Shown here piece after piece: positions 1 through 10,194 of a DNA stretch of 64,000 bases (the first letter of the stretch is position 1; each line of letters begins with the position of its first letter). The notes under the pieces were generated by a model. That model was given only the letters and a program-made list of their open reading frames with translations, had not been told where the DNA came from and did no database searches. Made by a program: the position numbers and the translations under genes. Origin of the DNA: Trypanosoma brucei (Eukaryota); the NCBI GenBank assembly GCA_000002445.1, contig CP000070.1, forward strand, positions 1,344,001 to 1,408,000, given 5' to 3'.

Positions 1-2
1 TC

Positions 3-2672
3 GACGAGGCCCTTTTGCAAGCGATTGAGGGTAAGATCACCCGAAAAAATGCGTGGGTTTCAAAAGATGCAAGTAACCTACTCGATGGGATCACTCAAAC
101 CGTTGAGAGCACTTTGGACTCCAATAGTACCGTGGACGAGTACACCAGTTTCGCAAAAGTTGCCACCGTTGTGGAGGGATGCTCAAAAGTGTGGACAAGC
201 CGCGTGGACAGCACATATCAGCGTTCAAATCAGATGGTACGCCGCCTGCTGAGGAACGAGGATGAGGGCCACGGGAGCGATGAAGAGAACAAAGAGGAGG
301 GCGACGGAGAGGGTGGAGCCCCTAGCACAAGCGCTGCGGCCGAACGTAGAAGGAGGGCTGCACAACGTAAAGGTCAGACTGTTCGCACCATCGCATTTGA
401 TTTATCTGAGATCAACCTAGATCGAAAAGCGCGATTGGCACTTGTACGCACTGGTGTAAGTGCACAGTTTCGTGCAATAACAGAAAAATTTGACCAAGGA
501 AATGCACAGGGGTTGCTAGTGCACAACACCCCGATCGGCGGTGCGGGGAACCTTATTCTCGATGTGGATTACGTACGAGAACCGGATGGTGACTACACAG
601 CCGACTGCGGAAGGCACTCTGGTCAATCAGATAAAGTTAAAAGTGAACCAGATGAAGGCGAGAACATCAACACTACGGCACGAGGGTTCGCCGACGGAGG
701 AATTGAGGATGGGGTTGATGAAGGGCTCAGGATCACTCTTGACCTTCCACCCTTCACGGCATCACATATGCAATCCAATGCGGAGAAAAACTCACTTTTT
801 GTTTGTGGCGGGGGCCACCTAGTTGGGGACGGTGCTGGCAGTGCTGTCAGTACAAACGATCGTAGCGGTGAAGGTGCAAGAGTTAGTTCTAGTAGTTTTT
901 CCACTGATCCCAACGCCTCAGGCCGTCCTTCACTGACGGTGCCGTCCCTGCTGGCAGTACCCCATACCGTGCAGGGGAACCCGGACGTGTTGCCCGACGA
1001 CGCGACGCGCGTAGCCACGAATGAGCAGGATGGCAATGAAGAGCACGATTACCAAGATGGTGGCTGGTTTGATGGTATGGATGGTGCTGACGCCGATTAC
1101 GGTTTACACGATGGTGGTGAAAGTATCGACCAGGATCGCTATACGGCTGACAATGGTAGAGGGGAAGAAAGCAACCCTGAGTTGTCCCCAGAGCGTGTTG
1201 CTTTGGAAGCCCGTCGCTTGGTTTCGGGCGTTACTGATCTCAACATCATGGACAATCGTCTGCGTAATAAACAACTCGCACTTGAGGTGGATGACCCCAG
1301 TGGGTGGGTTCCAATGGCTGAGCCCGTGAGCAATCCCATGTTTGGGGCCAGAGCACGCAAGAACTCAACGATCATGATGACTCTGCGCAAGCAACACCAT
1401 TTCCTTGGGCCCAGCGTGGCCCAATCTTCCATATCCACCCAATCCTTGAAACGCTTGAAACGTGAAGCTGCGGTTTTTGACTTACCGGGTGAGCTGGAAG
1501 CCGTTTCGGCGACGGCTTCTCGTCGGTCTGCGGGGACAAAGGAAAAATCTACAAAAGGAGATGATTGCATTCATCTTCCACCTGTGTTTGCGTTGCTAGA
1601 GGACAGCGGTGTGGACAATTCGGCGTTAAAGCAAAGCACTTCCGAAGGAAAAAACATGAGTGCACTTGGGAAGGAGTTGCTGCTAGGAAGGGATTCTAGC
1701 GCAATAAAACCGTACCTGCAGACGTCTGTGGAGCTGACTAAGGCGCAGGAAGCTGGCTTGTTGGTGCGGGAAAACCCTGTGCCGGGCGTAACCGTTCCAT
1801 CGTATCTTCCCTATCCCATAACGGTACCAGTTTTTTTTCAACCGTTTTCAACACCGCTTTCACAGTGGAACCTCCTTCGCAAGTCGGCAACGGGAAGCAC
1901 TATACATCATTATAACAATGCCACTAGCTACGGCTACGCAGACGAGGATGCAGATGGTAACGGGGCTGGCGACATGCCAGCGGAATTCTTTCACGGTGGT
2001 GTTGATTCCGACAACGACTATGGCGATGTGGGCACCTACGACGGTTTCAACGACAGTACCAGGGATGACACCTTAGACAATCCACTAAAGCTTGCACAAG
2101 CACAAATATTCGCCAGCCTTGATCAAGCTGATTTGATACGTTCAAGTACCGCACTAACAACGTTGAGCGGCAATAGCGCACGTCCCAGCAGCATGAATGT
2201 GAGTGACGTTGCCGACATAGATCCAGACACAGTCGTGAAAGTATTGCATGCGCCGGAGGCTATGCTTCCTACGCAGGTAGATGTTGTGTTGTTGAGAAAG
2301 ATTATGTGGGCTTCACTGACCGGAGCTGCAGGGTGCGAAGTAACTGAGCAGCAGGAGTCACAACGCGTGTCGAGGCGAAAGCGTGGTCGCGTGGCGGGAA
2401 CAGAAGGGCCCACCCAGAAAGAAGATAATCAGGGTTCCGATGACGGGGTGAAGAAGGTACGGTTTAGTGAAGTTGTGCTTCAGCTACTACCGCAAGTTAG
2501 CACTGTGTCTGCCACAGGTGCCCTCTCACCGGCCTTTTTCTTCTTTTCTTTGTTGTTTCTTGCCAATGAACACGGACTTCTCATTGAGAGTGTCCCAACA
2601 CTGGACGACCTAGTTGTTCATGTTCCGCCGCAACGGGGGGACGCATCAGAGACCATGGTGAATGCAGACTAG
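3..2672 (+). CDS. Condensin complex subunit 2 (kleisin CAP-H/Barren/Cnd2 family), 5'-partial: the reading frame is open to the window edge
   Basis: The frame is open from nt 3 and the first in-frame ATG would delete the conserved motif, so the gene must start upstream of the window. The N-terminal segment SFAKVATVVEGCSKVWTSRVDSTYQRSNQMVRRL matches the conserved Cnd2/Barren N-terminal motif (..FQKASCTLDASVKIYSSRVDSVH..YKVLGGL) from memory. The central region is long, acidic and Ser-rich, as is typical of kleisins. Stop at 2670-2672. Confidence 0.6.
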   Translation, partial: DEALLQAIEGKITRKNAWVSKDASNLLDGITQTVESTLDSNSTVDEYTSFAKVATVVEGCSKVWTSRVDSTYQRSNQMVRRLLRNEDEGHGSDEENKEEGDGEGGAPSTSAAAERRRRAAQRKGQTVRTIAFDLSEINLDRKARLALVRTGVSAQFRAITEKFDQGNAQGLLVHNTPIGGAGNLILDVDYVREPDGDYTADCGRHSGQSDKVKSEPDEGENINTTARGFADGGIEDGVDEGLRITLDLPPFTASHMQSNAEKNSLFVCGGGHLVGDGAGSAVSTNDRSGEGARVSSSSFSTDPNASGRPSLTVPSLLAVPHTVQGNPDVLPDDATRVATNEQDGNEEHDYQDGGWFDGMDGADADYGLHDGGESIDQDRYTADNGRGEESNPELSPERVALEARRLVSGVTDLNIMDNRLRNKQLALEVDDPSGWVPMAEPVSNPMFGARARKNSTIMMTLRKQHHFLGPSVAQSSISTQSLKRLKREAAVFDLPGELEAVSATASRRSAGTKEKSTKGDDCIHLPPVFALLEDSGVDNSALKQSTSEGKNMSALGKELLLGRDSSAIKPYLQTSVELTKAQEAGLLVRENPVPGVTVPSYLPYPITVPVFFQPFSTPLSQWNLLRKSATGSTIHHYNNATSYGYADEDADGNGAGDMPAEFFHGGVDSDNDYGDVGTYDGFNDSTRDDTLDNPLKLAQAQIFASLDQADLIRSSTALTTLSGNSARPSSMNVSDVADIDPDTVVKVLHAPEAMLPTQVDVVLLRKIMWASLTGAAGCEVTEQQESQRVSRRKRGRVAGTEGPTQKEDNQGSDDGVKKVRFSEVVLQLLPQVSTVSATGALSPAFFFFSLLFLANEHGLLIESVPTLDDLVVHVPPQRGDASETMVNAD

Positions 2673-3632
2673 GGTAGGAACACCCACAGAATTCGTGTGT
2701 TCACATACGTATGAGCGTAGAAGTGTGCGTGTTGCTTGCGTTGATGTATTCCCATTCTTCTTAGTGTGGTGTGTGTGCGTGTGGGAAAAAGTGAGGAGGG
2801 GGGCGGCGCAGAAGGAAAAAGAAGTGACACAATGGCAGGGGGTATATCATTGTCTGATGTGTGCGCATGTATTCAACTCCAGTTCCCTTCTTCTGGTTTC
2901 CATCTAATTTAAGGTTCATGCGCACATACTCTTGAATCCGGTAATTTGCCCTTGCTGTTCTCCAGTTTCGAGGGTGCAATGGATTAAAAGTGTGCGTAAA
3001 TGAATGAGGCGTTATGCACTTTTGTGTTTTAGAGAAGAATGGCGGCGGGCGCGCACTGTGTATAGAGTGCACTGCGGACCAAAGCCAGGGTAGCAGGTGG
3101 TTGTCATGTTTGTTCGTCTGTTTGTTTCATAGTTTTTATGATTTTTCCCCCGTGTCTTGGTCCCTTACTCCATTGTTTTTTGTCGAATTTGTGCTGTGTT
3201 GCCCGGGGTGAGCTGTGCTCTGTTTTTGTACCAGTACGGTGCGGTTTCGCTTCCCAGGTTACAATGTTTGGTGTCGCTTTTTATTCCTCTCCCTTTTGTG
3301 ACTGAACGCTTTGCACCATTAGGAGGCTGCCACAAAGTAATGGTCTGCGACTGTTCCACAAACTGACTTCACAAGAAGGCATATTTGGCATAGATATCGG
3401 GGCAATCTTCACTTGCCGTGGGAGTGTTGGCAGACGCATATATTTTTTTCGTTTATTCACTTGAGCGATATAAGGGAAAGGAGGAGAGGGGGGAGGGGAA
3501 GGTACATCTGGAGGAAGCGGCTCAATATCGAAGAGGGGAAGCTACTCTCGAGAGGGAAGAATCTCTGCTCCGAAGTAGCTGCCGCAATAGAGGGCTCAGG
3601 TGTTTTTTGTCTTTTGCTGGGAAGGCCTTGAA

Positions 3633-4508
3633 ATGGCCTTTTCACTTCCAAAAAAATATTACCTTATCGTGCACGATGCCATCCGAAAGGTGTTGGGGAA
3701 TGACGCTGAGATTTCTGCTTTCGTAACGTCCCAAGGGAAGTTTCAGTGTCACATGCTCGTAAACTCTACGACTACCGACCCCGATCTCTCCAACACAGAC
3801 ACTAGCAACCCGGTGGGTGGTAGTGCAGGCAACGCGGACAAAAAGGGGGAAGTGTGTGGTTTTGTGAAGGAATTCGCCGCGAGGCTACAGCGCTGTCTCG
3901 GGGTTTGCGACATTGTTGCGTGCCGTCGGCGGCTTGATATTGTTTTCATGGACCGTGAGGTGCTGCGTCTTGCACTGGGAGCGCCAAGGAGAGCCATCAA
4001 TAACTTACGGCACCCTTGCGAGATAAACGAGGAGCCCGACTGGACACGGCGGAACCGCCTGCGGATATCCCTAGGCTTTGACGAGGACCTTTTCATTGAG
4101 GTGTGTGATTTGAAAATTGCCCTCGCCGCTCGCCTCATGGAGAGATGGGTGTATGACAAGTATTGCAAGGGCAATGTTGGTAAACTGAAGGGTGAGTCCG
4201 CAAAGCGGCTGCTATGGGAGAGAGAGAGACATCTCTATCCGCCTGTAACATACTGGCAAGCGCATGGTTATCTACTATTACAGGAGTACCCGTGCGACCA
4301 CCACATCACTCTTGTAGGGACAATTGCGCAAAATTTTGCCAAATACTACGGTGAATTTCCCCTTGACAATCCGTATTGCCCTGGGGAGGACCTCAACACA
4401 ATTGGCTGCGTGCAGGAACTTTGCCGAGCATGGAAACAGTTGCCGGTAGATGAGGGCGGAGCGGAGGTGTTGTTGAAACTTGGTGTGGAGCCTCCGGTTC
4501 CAGAATAG
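3633..4508 (+). CDS. Hypothetical protein, 291 aa, no recognisable domain
   Basis: First ATG (3633) within the long + strand ORF 3600..4508. Same orientation as the neighbours. Preceded by a pyrimidine-rich intergenic region. No motif recognised. Confidence 0.5.
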   Translation: MAFSLPKKYYLIVHDAIRKVLGNDAEISAFVTSQGKFQCHMLVNSTTTDPDLSNTDTSNPVGGSAGNADKKGEVCGFVKEFAARLQRCLGVCDIVACRRRLDIVFMDREVLRLALGAPRRAINNLRHPCEINEEPDWTRRNRLRISLGFDEDLFIEVCDLKIALAARLMERWVYDKYCKGNVGKLKGESAKRLLWERERHLYPPVTYWQAHGYLLLQEYPCDHHITLVGTIAQNFAKYYGEFPLDNPYCPGEDLNTIGCVQELCRAWKQLPVDEGGAEVLLKLGVEPPVPE

Positions 4509-4740
4509 TATTGTTCCAAGCATCACAATTGTTCTTGTGGTTACCATGTTGGGGGGATGTTGCTGGTCCCTTCGCACATTGAGTTGTTCTTTGGTGTCGC
4601 AAGGAGATCACCATCCTATCCTTCTTTTTTTCTTATACCTTCCTGCCATGTTTGGGCATACTTCTCCCCTTGAAATTTCAAAAAATAATTAGGCCTAGAG
4701 TAGTGCTCCATCCCTTCTTCAGCGTGAAGATTGTTTACTG

Positions 4741-4761
4741 CTTTTTTTTTCTGCTTTTTAG
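4741..4761 (+). promoter_or_regulatory. Polypyrimidine tract + AG: candidate trans-splice acceptor for the 4776 gene
   Basis: ctttttttttctgctttttag immediately upstream of ATG 4776. Kinetoplastid mRNAs are trans-spliced at an AG downstream of a pyrimidine tract; the exact site cannot be fixed from sequence. Confidence 0.4.
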
Positions 4762-4775
4762 GGTAACAGAAGAGC

Positions 4776-6485
4776 ATGGTGGTGGGTGGTGATCGCTCTA
4801 GCGGTGAGAAGGGAGGCGCCGGTGACGGTCATAGCGACAGCGATTGTTCTTCCCCTTCTTCCACATCCACTTCTTTATCGTCAAAATTACCATGTGCACC
4901 TGCGGCCCAACAGTCTGATGAATTCACTGATGTTCCAACCTCTCGGGAGAGTACAACAGGGGCGATTTCATCCTCTGAGCGTTCGCGGCGACTCGCCCTC
5001 TTCGGCAGTCGGGCCTTAGCGGCAGGCTCAAAAGGGCACCACATTGCTGGACCATCTTCTTCAACCACCTCACCGGTGACTGCGGTGACATCTTGCTCAC
5101 GTGCCGACCAGAGACAAGGAGTGTCTCCTTACGGTGCGCGACGGGGTGATATTTCGGCTTTTGTTCGTCCAAGTAGTGAAGTTTCATCGCAGGGTAAGTA
5201 TTTGGTTGTTGGCGATGGGATGATGGCACCCTTCATGGCTTTGTGCCTTCGTGTCCATGGTCTCGAATGTGACCTGGCGCATCATATCAGCAGTAATGAC
5301 GCCGATCGCGGAACAGTTGTGTTGACACCCTCGCTAACGCAGGTAATGGGTGATGTGCTGAACGTCAGTGTTCCAAGCGGCAGCGTTGTTGGACGTATCC
5401 TCACCTTTGATCATGTTGGAAACGACATGTGTGATATCGACCTTAATGAGTTTCGTGAAAAGGGCGAAAGCCCCACATTTTTCTGCTGTGATAGGCTAAA
5501 GTTGGAGCGTGCACTTCTCTCACTGTGCGAGGTCGGGGTGCACAGCTGCCACGTGTTGCCGAAGCCGCTTATTGACCGTGGTGGGCTTGAAGCGCTGGAC
5601 TCGGGAGGTGTTCGCGTTCGCTTTGCGAGCGGCCACCATCAGGACTATCTGGGCCTTATATGCACGGGGCGTAGCCAGGAGCGTGTACCTGAGCTGACGA
5701 TCACTAACGAGGAGCTTCAGTTGCGTGCAGAAAACGCCGAAAAGTTCCGTGAAGCACAAGCAAAGGCAGTGCGATGGTTGGAGATGTGTGTACCTCCGTT
5801 ACCTGAGTTGGGTCGGTTTGAGAAGCGTTTCACCCCTGGCTCTCAGGAGATTGTTGAGCTTCTCACTCCTCGTGATGCGAAGATGACTGTGCGTCCGACT
5901 ATGATGGCAACGAAGTTGTTCTACAATGTGACCATTACTATACCTGACAGCACACCGGACCCACGGTTGAAGAGTAGTAGCACAAAGCAATTCTGGGATG
6001 ACGTAGTTATGCACTGGACGTCCGGTATACCTGGATATGTTTCACACACGATGTTCCGTCCAATTATGACACACATGCAGCAACACTTCACGAAGAGTAG
6101 TGCGCTCGTGTATCGCACTCCGCTCTTCCTTATGCCGCACTGGTCGGAGGGTGGTGGGAGGGTTATTAAAGTTGCGCACGCGGCTCATGGCGCAGCTTTT
6201 GACGCAGTTGATGTCGCCGATGCACAAGGCTTCACAGACTGCTTCTGCCTTGCGCGTACAATTGCCGAAGGAAATGATGTCCAGCAGTTCCTGCGTGATA
6301 GGCGGCTGCAGGTGATGGAGGAACTTGATCACCACGCGACGCTGCTTAACTACGGTGTGCGGGAACGAGGTCAGGTTGCCTACATGAGTTCCAGATTTGC
6401 CATGAAAATATTACGACGTTACAAGAAAAACTGGAGAAGCATTCTTCAAAACTATGTGACGCTGATGCCCAAGATAGTGAAGTGA
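4776..6485 (+). CDS. Flavin (FAD)-dependent monooxygenase-like protein with degenerate catalytic motifs; Ser-rich N-terminal extension
   Basis: ATG at 4776, 15 nt downstream of the T-rich tract/AG at 4741-4761. Residues ~150-330 resemble the class A flavoprotein monooxygenase fold: GKYLVVGDGMMAPFMALCLRVHGLECDL as the dinucleotide-binding beta-alpha-beta, and VRVRFASGHHQDYLGLICTGRSQ in place of the ..LLIGADGxxS motif. The C-terminal KVAHAAHGAAFDAVDVADAQGF stands in place of the GDAAHxxxPxxGQG motif. The canonical motifs are not conserved. Confidence 0.55.
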   Translation: MVVGGDRSSGEKGGAGDGHSDSDCSSPSSTSTSLSSKLPCAPAAQQSDEFTDVPTSRESTTGAISSSERSRRLALFGSRALAAGSKGHHIAGPSSSTTSPVTAVTSCSRADQRQGVSPYGARRGDISAFVRPSSEVSSQGKYLVVGDGMMAPFMALCLRVHGLECDLAHHISSNDADRGTVVLTPSLTQVMGDVLNVSVPSGSVVGRILTFDHVGNDMCDIDLNEFREKGESPTFFCCDRLKLERALLSLCEVGVHSCHVLPKPLIDRGGLEALDSGGVRVRFASGHHQDYLGLICTGRSQERVPELTITNEELQLRAENAEKFREAQAKAVRWLEMCVPPLPELGRFEKRFTPGSQEIVELLTPRDAKMTVRPTMMATKLFYNVTITIPDSTPDPRLKSSSTKQFWDDVVMHWTSGIPGYVSHTMFRPIMTHMQQHFTKSSALVYRTPLFLMPHWSEGGGRVIKVAHAAHGAAFDAVDVADAQGFTDCFCLARTIAEGNDVQQFLRDRRLQVMEELDHHATLLNYGVRERGQVAYMSSRFAMKILRRYKKNWRSILQNYVTLMPKIVK

Positions 6486-6939
6486 ATTTTATGCATGCTC
6501 GGCTGGATCGAATAAAGGTGGGAAGAGTTAAGGCCTGGCAGATATGTTCCTGTGGAGGGGAGGAAATATGCAGGTATTGTGTGTGTATGTGCAGGGTATT
6601 GGGCTAAGAGAGTGGGGCAAGCGACTAATGGACCACCATAAGTCAGGAGGAAGAGGAGGGAAACACCACCTGGTGCTTCGTGTATCCTGACCGTAACGGG
6701 GAGCCGGGGGAGGTTCTCACCCTACTACCCTTGAACACGCTTACCAAAATTGTATGTATGCGTGCAGACTTAGGATTTCTCCAAAGCTGTTGTACCCACT
6801 GTTGTCACGGTGTATTATGACATATTTACTTGTATTTTTATCTTACTGAGTTTTTCTAACCCTTCACCTCTGTTCATTACTTCCCTCTTGCTGCATGCGT
6901 GCCTAACTTGCACGGGAATGCCCTTTTCATCAGCTTGCG

Positions 6940-8115
6940 ATGCAGAGATGGAGCCAGAGACTTCACGCAGTTAACAAAGCCACGGGACGTCGCTGGAGCC
7001 CCATACCGAAGCCACCACCGCAGGATTTCGACCGCCTTTGCGGGACCCACAGCGTACTCAACACATTGCGCGCATTCTATGTGGCCCCGCGAAGGCTCCA
7101 TCCACACCGTCGGCAATTGTGCTCCCTCTATGTGCGTGACTTTCGCCTGGAGGCGAGTTGCAACACCAAAAAAAATGGTGATGATGATGCAGAAAAATCT
7201 AATGATGGACATGACGTATGGATTCCCAAGCAGTACCCGAACATGCAGCGTATTGTGCGTCTTGCGCGCGCGTTGAGCGTTGCAGTGCATCCCGTGGAGC
7301 GTCGTGAGTTAGTGCGTCTCTGTGGCGAACGACGCAACCAAAACGTTGTGCTGGAAGTGTCAACCTTCACTCCGAGGGATGTTGTGGCGTCCCCTTGGGA
7401 GAGTGGTAGAAGAGTGTGGGATGCAGACGGACGAGGCATGACTGAAGGTGGGGCACAGACAGATGACGTGGTATTTCTTGACCACGTGATTGATCCTGCC
7501 AATGTTGGTGCTATCATGAGATCTGCATTTTTCATGGGTTTGCGGCGGATTGTCCTTAGCAGCGACAGCGCTGGATGTACCGCTGCTGTTTGCCGCTCCA
7601 GTGCGGGTTTTATGGAGTACATGAGCGTGTACCGTGCTGTTGTTCCGACGTTAACATTTCTCGAGAATACTGTTGCTCAACAAAAAGCGCGTGATGGCGG
7701 CCACCTGCTGGAAATCTACGCGACGTCTCCGATGCCGCGGCGTGGCGTGACCACGTGCAGCGCGAGAGAACTTCCCTCAGTGTCTTGCGGTCCCGTCAAC
7801 AAGCCTCGACGTCGTTTGCTGTTACTAGGGAATGAAGGCGCTGGTTTGCCTTCAGAGGTTATGGGGCTTTGCACGCATACCGCGCACATACCACTTGCGC
7901 CTGAACGCAGCCACTTCATGTCTACAGCGGTGGATGGAGGACTGGTTGCTGGGGGGAATGGTCGGAATACGTGCCGTACCCGCGGTGAAGAAGCCGAAGA
8001 TATCGCACATCTACGACCAGAGGAGGTGTCCCTTAATGTGAGTGCTGCTAGTGCCCTTATTCTCGCAGCGTTGAGACGTGGTGACGGAGCTGTGGAGGTG
8101 TATAGGAATCACTAA
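6940..8115 (+). CDS. SpoU/TrmH-family (SPOUT) RNA 2'-O-ribose methyltransferase, possibly an organellar rRNA methyltransferase (MRM1-like)
   Basis: Contains all three SpoU motifs in order: VIDPANVGAIMRSA (motif 1), LLLLGNEGAGLPSEV (motif 2) and VSLNVSAASALILAAL (motif 3). An unusual ~55-aa insertion lies between motifs 2 and 3. Confidence 0.8.
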   Translation: MQRWSQRLHAVNKATGRRWSPIPKPPPQDFDRLCGTHSVLNTLRAFYVAPRRLHPHRRQLCSLYVRDFRLEASCNTKKNGDDDAEKSNDGHDVWIPKQYPNMQRIVRLARALSVAVHPVERRELVRLCGERRNQNVVLEVSTFTPRDVVASPWESGRRVWDADGRGMTEGGAQTDDVVFLDHVIDPANVGAIMRSAFFMGLRRIVLSSDSAGCTAAVCRSSAGFMEYMSVYRAVVPTLTFLENTVAQQKARDGGHLLEIYATSPMPRRGVTTCSARELPSVSCGPVNKPRRRLLLLGNEGAGLPSEVMGLCTHTAHIPLAPERSHFMSTAVDGGLVAGGNGRNTCRTRGEEAEDIAHLRPEEVSLNVSAASALILAALRRGDGAVEVYRNH

Positions 8116-8744
8116 AGAAGATGTGAACTGAAGTTGAGAACGGCAGGGCACCGTGTGAGGGGTGAAGAACAGGTGCGACTATATGTGTTACTGTGCCTCG
8201 CTGTTGTTGCTCCTCATACGTGACTTTTTATCCTTTCTCAGGTTGGAATATCGTTACTTAGTGTGTGCCTGGCGGGCTCCCTCTCTGTTTTTTCTCTGCT
8301 GTTAATTTTCGTGTTGTGCCACCGAGCGTTTGCATTAACACCCGCTGGTTGTCAACCCAGCATTGGAAGTGAATCGTGTCCTCGTTAAGGAAGTTGAAAA
8401 AAGGGAGGGGTATTGATGTATCTGGCGGTCGGTGGCATGCCGCAACGAGTTGCGGCGGCGCTCTAGCGATGTCACACCGAGCTGTTCATTTTTATGGGGC
8501 ATGCACCTTTATTGTTATGGCGGACAATAATTTACAACCTATTCCCCACAGCACTGCGCTGTCATTGCAGTATCACATGCACGTGTATGCCCATTTTTCT
8601 CCCTTTTTATGGTATCTAACTCTTCCCATGGGAAAAATGCTACCCAGTCTCAGTGCTCAGGCGACCGGTAGCACTTTGTCGCGACAATTTGTGCAAGGTT
8701 AAATATCGAATTTTGGCTGCCTGAAAATCTACCCATCAGCAGTA

Positions 8745-9461
8745 ATGAGCAACCACGGGGGCAGCAGCAGCCTCGACGCTCTCGGTGGCGTCGAGACAGC
8801 GGCTGCAGAGACGACAAGAAACATCGTGCTCGGCCTCCCGAAGGACGGTCCAGTTCCTGGTAGTAGTGATGCGGCGTCTCTGCAGGCCGCAGAAGCGTTC
8901 ATCGGATCGATACAACAGGAAATAATGGCGTGTGATATGGCAAATGCTCGCGCCATGGAACTCTATGCCCGCCACTGGTGGACGAAAGTGCCATACTTCG
9001 GAAAACGGTTTGGGTCCACTACAGCAACCTTGGAGGTTACGGGGGCAGATGGAGGAGGGGTTAGTGGCTTGCCTGCGTGTACCGGGACATCGGACGGCCA
9101 GCACAAACATATGCGGTTGGAGCGTTCCTCAGAGGTGGCGGCGGTTCCGGGCACTTCGAGGGGCCAGCAGCAGCGACTTAACAGTTGGTTCTTTAAGCTT
9201 CGTCACCCCGGTTGGGTTCCGATCATACAACGGCCGTGGGTGCCGTACTTCTGCATTGGTTGCTTGATGCTCGTTTGGACACCTGATATTTGGAAGTTGC
9301 GAACGCTGCACTGGTGCGACTATCAATATGCGGAGTTTCGTCGTGCCGTTCATAGGGCGTATTGGCGTGCAACGATGAGTGCCGAAGATTATAAGGAGCT
9401 GATGGAAGAACTTGAGCGCGGGCGGCCACCACCATTTGGGGTCTCAAAGTGTCCCTTGTGA
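8745..9461 (+). CDS. Hypothetical protein, 238 aa
   Basis: ATG-initiated ORF on the transcribed strand in an otherwise gene-free interval. No recognisable motif. Aromatic-rich C-terminal half (WVPYFCIGCLMLVWTPDIWKLRTLHWCDYQYAEF). Confidence 0.5.
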   Translation: MSNHGGSSSLDALGGVETAAAETTRNIVLGLPKDGPVPGSSDAASLQAAEAFIGSIQQEIMACDMANARAMELYARHWWTKVPYFGKRFGSTTATLEVTGADGGGVSGLPACTGTSDGQHKHMRLERSSEVAAVPGTSRGQQQRLNSWFFKLRHPGWVPIIQRPWVPYFCIGCLMLVWTPDIWKLRTLHWCDYQYAEFRRAVHRAYWRATMSAEDYKELMEELERGRPPPFGVSKCPL

Positions 9462-9941
9462 CGAGGACTTTGTGAGGGGAAAAGACTTGTGTTTGAATGC
9501 TCGGAGAGCACGCGCGAGGGTGTTCTAGGAAACTAATGTAAAGGGCAGCAGTACATATACATTTGCGTACTGATATTTTCCTCCTATCGTTGGTTTAAGG
9601 GTGGGGTAATGCGTTTCATGGTCATAAGAGACATTATATGGAGTGTTGTGCGAATGCATGTAATTTGGACCCATTAAAGGCATGGTTCGGCGAAATCGGT
9701 GATGCCGGTTTTCCTTTTTTTTAACCTCTATTTATTAGCCGCGTGTCACGTAAAAGAAATATTTATGTTATTCACCCCAGTTATTTCCGGTTAGGTTGAG
9801 TTAGATTAAATGTTACCTAGTGTACATTTGTTGATAACCGTCATTGAAGCTGTATGTCTAAGTTGTGCGTCTGGTGTAACCCGCTGCCTCCAATTCTCGC
9901 AGTTAATCTTTTTCACTCTTTTGTTCCTTTGTTTCTCTTTC

Positions 9942-9950
9942 TATATATAT

Positions 9951-9982
<32 letters not shown>
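9942..9982. repeat. (TA)n microsatellite (~20 units, one interruption), followed at 10068..10092 by a (TG)n microsatellite
   Basis: Direct reading: ctatatatattacatatatatatatatatatatatatatatg ... gtttgtgtgtgtgtgtgtgtgtgtacc. Intergenic between the 8745 and 10195 genes. Confidence 0.9.
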
Positions 9983-9984
<2 letters not shown>

Positions 9985-10194
9985 TGTGTGCGTGTTATTA
10001 TTATCATTATGTGCTTCATGGTTAGTGTTGTGAAGAGGCCCAGGAGCAGAGGGCCTGAGCATTTCCGTTTGTTTGTGTGTGTGTGTGTGTGTACCACCAC
10101 TTTGGCATAAGGCAAAACCACGTTCGCATTAACTATACGGAAGAGGAGGAGGAAGGTGGCCGAACGTGTCGTTGGTACTTAGGGAAAGGGATAC

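Noticed and set aside
8376-8702. 108-aa + strand ORF in the intergenic region between the SpoU methyltransferase and the 8745 gene
   Set aside because: It starts at GTG and has no motif. It lies in a spacer and probably overlaps the UTRs. It is probably noise.
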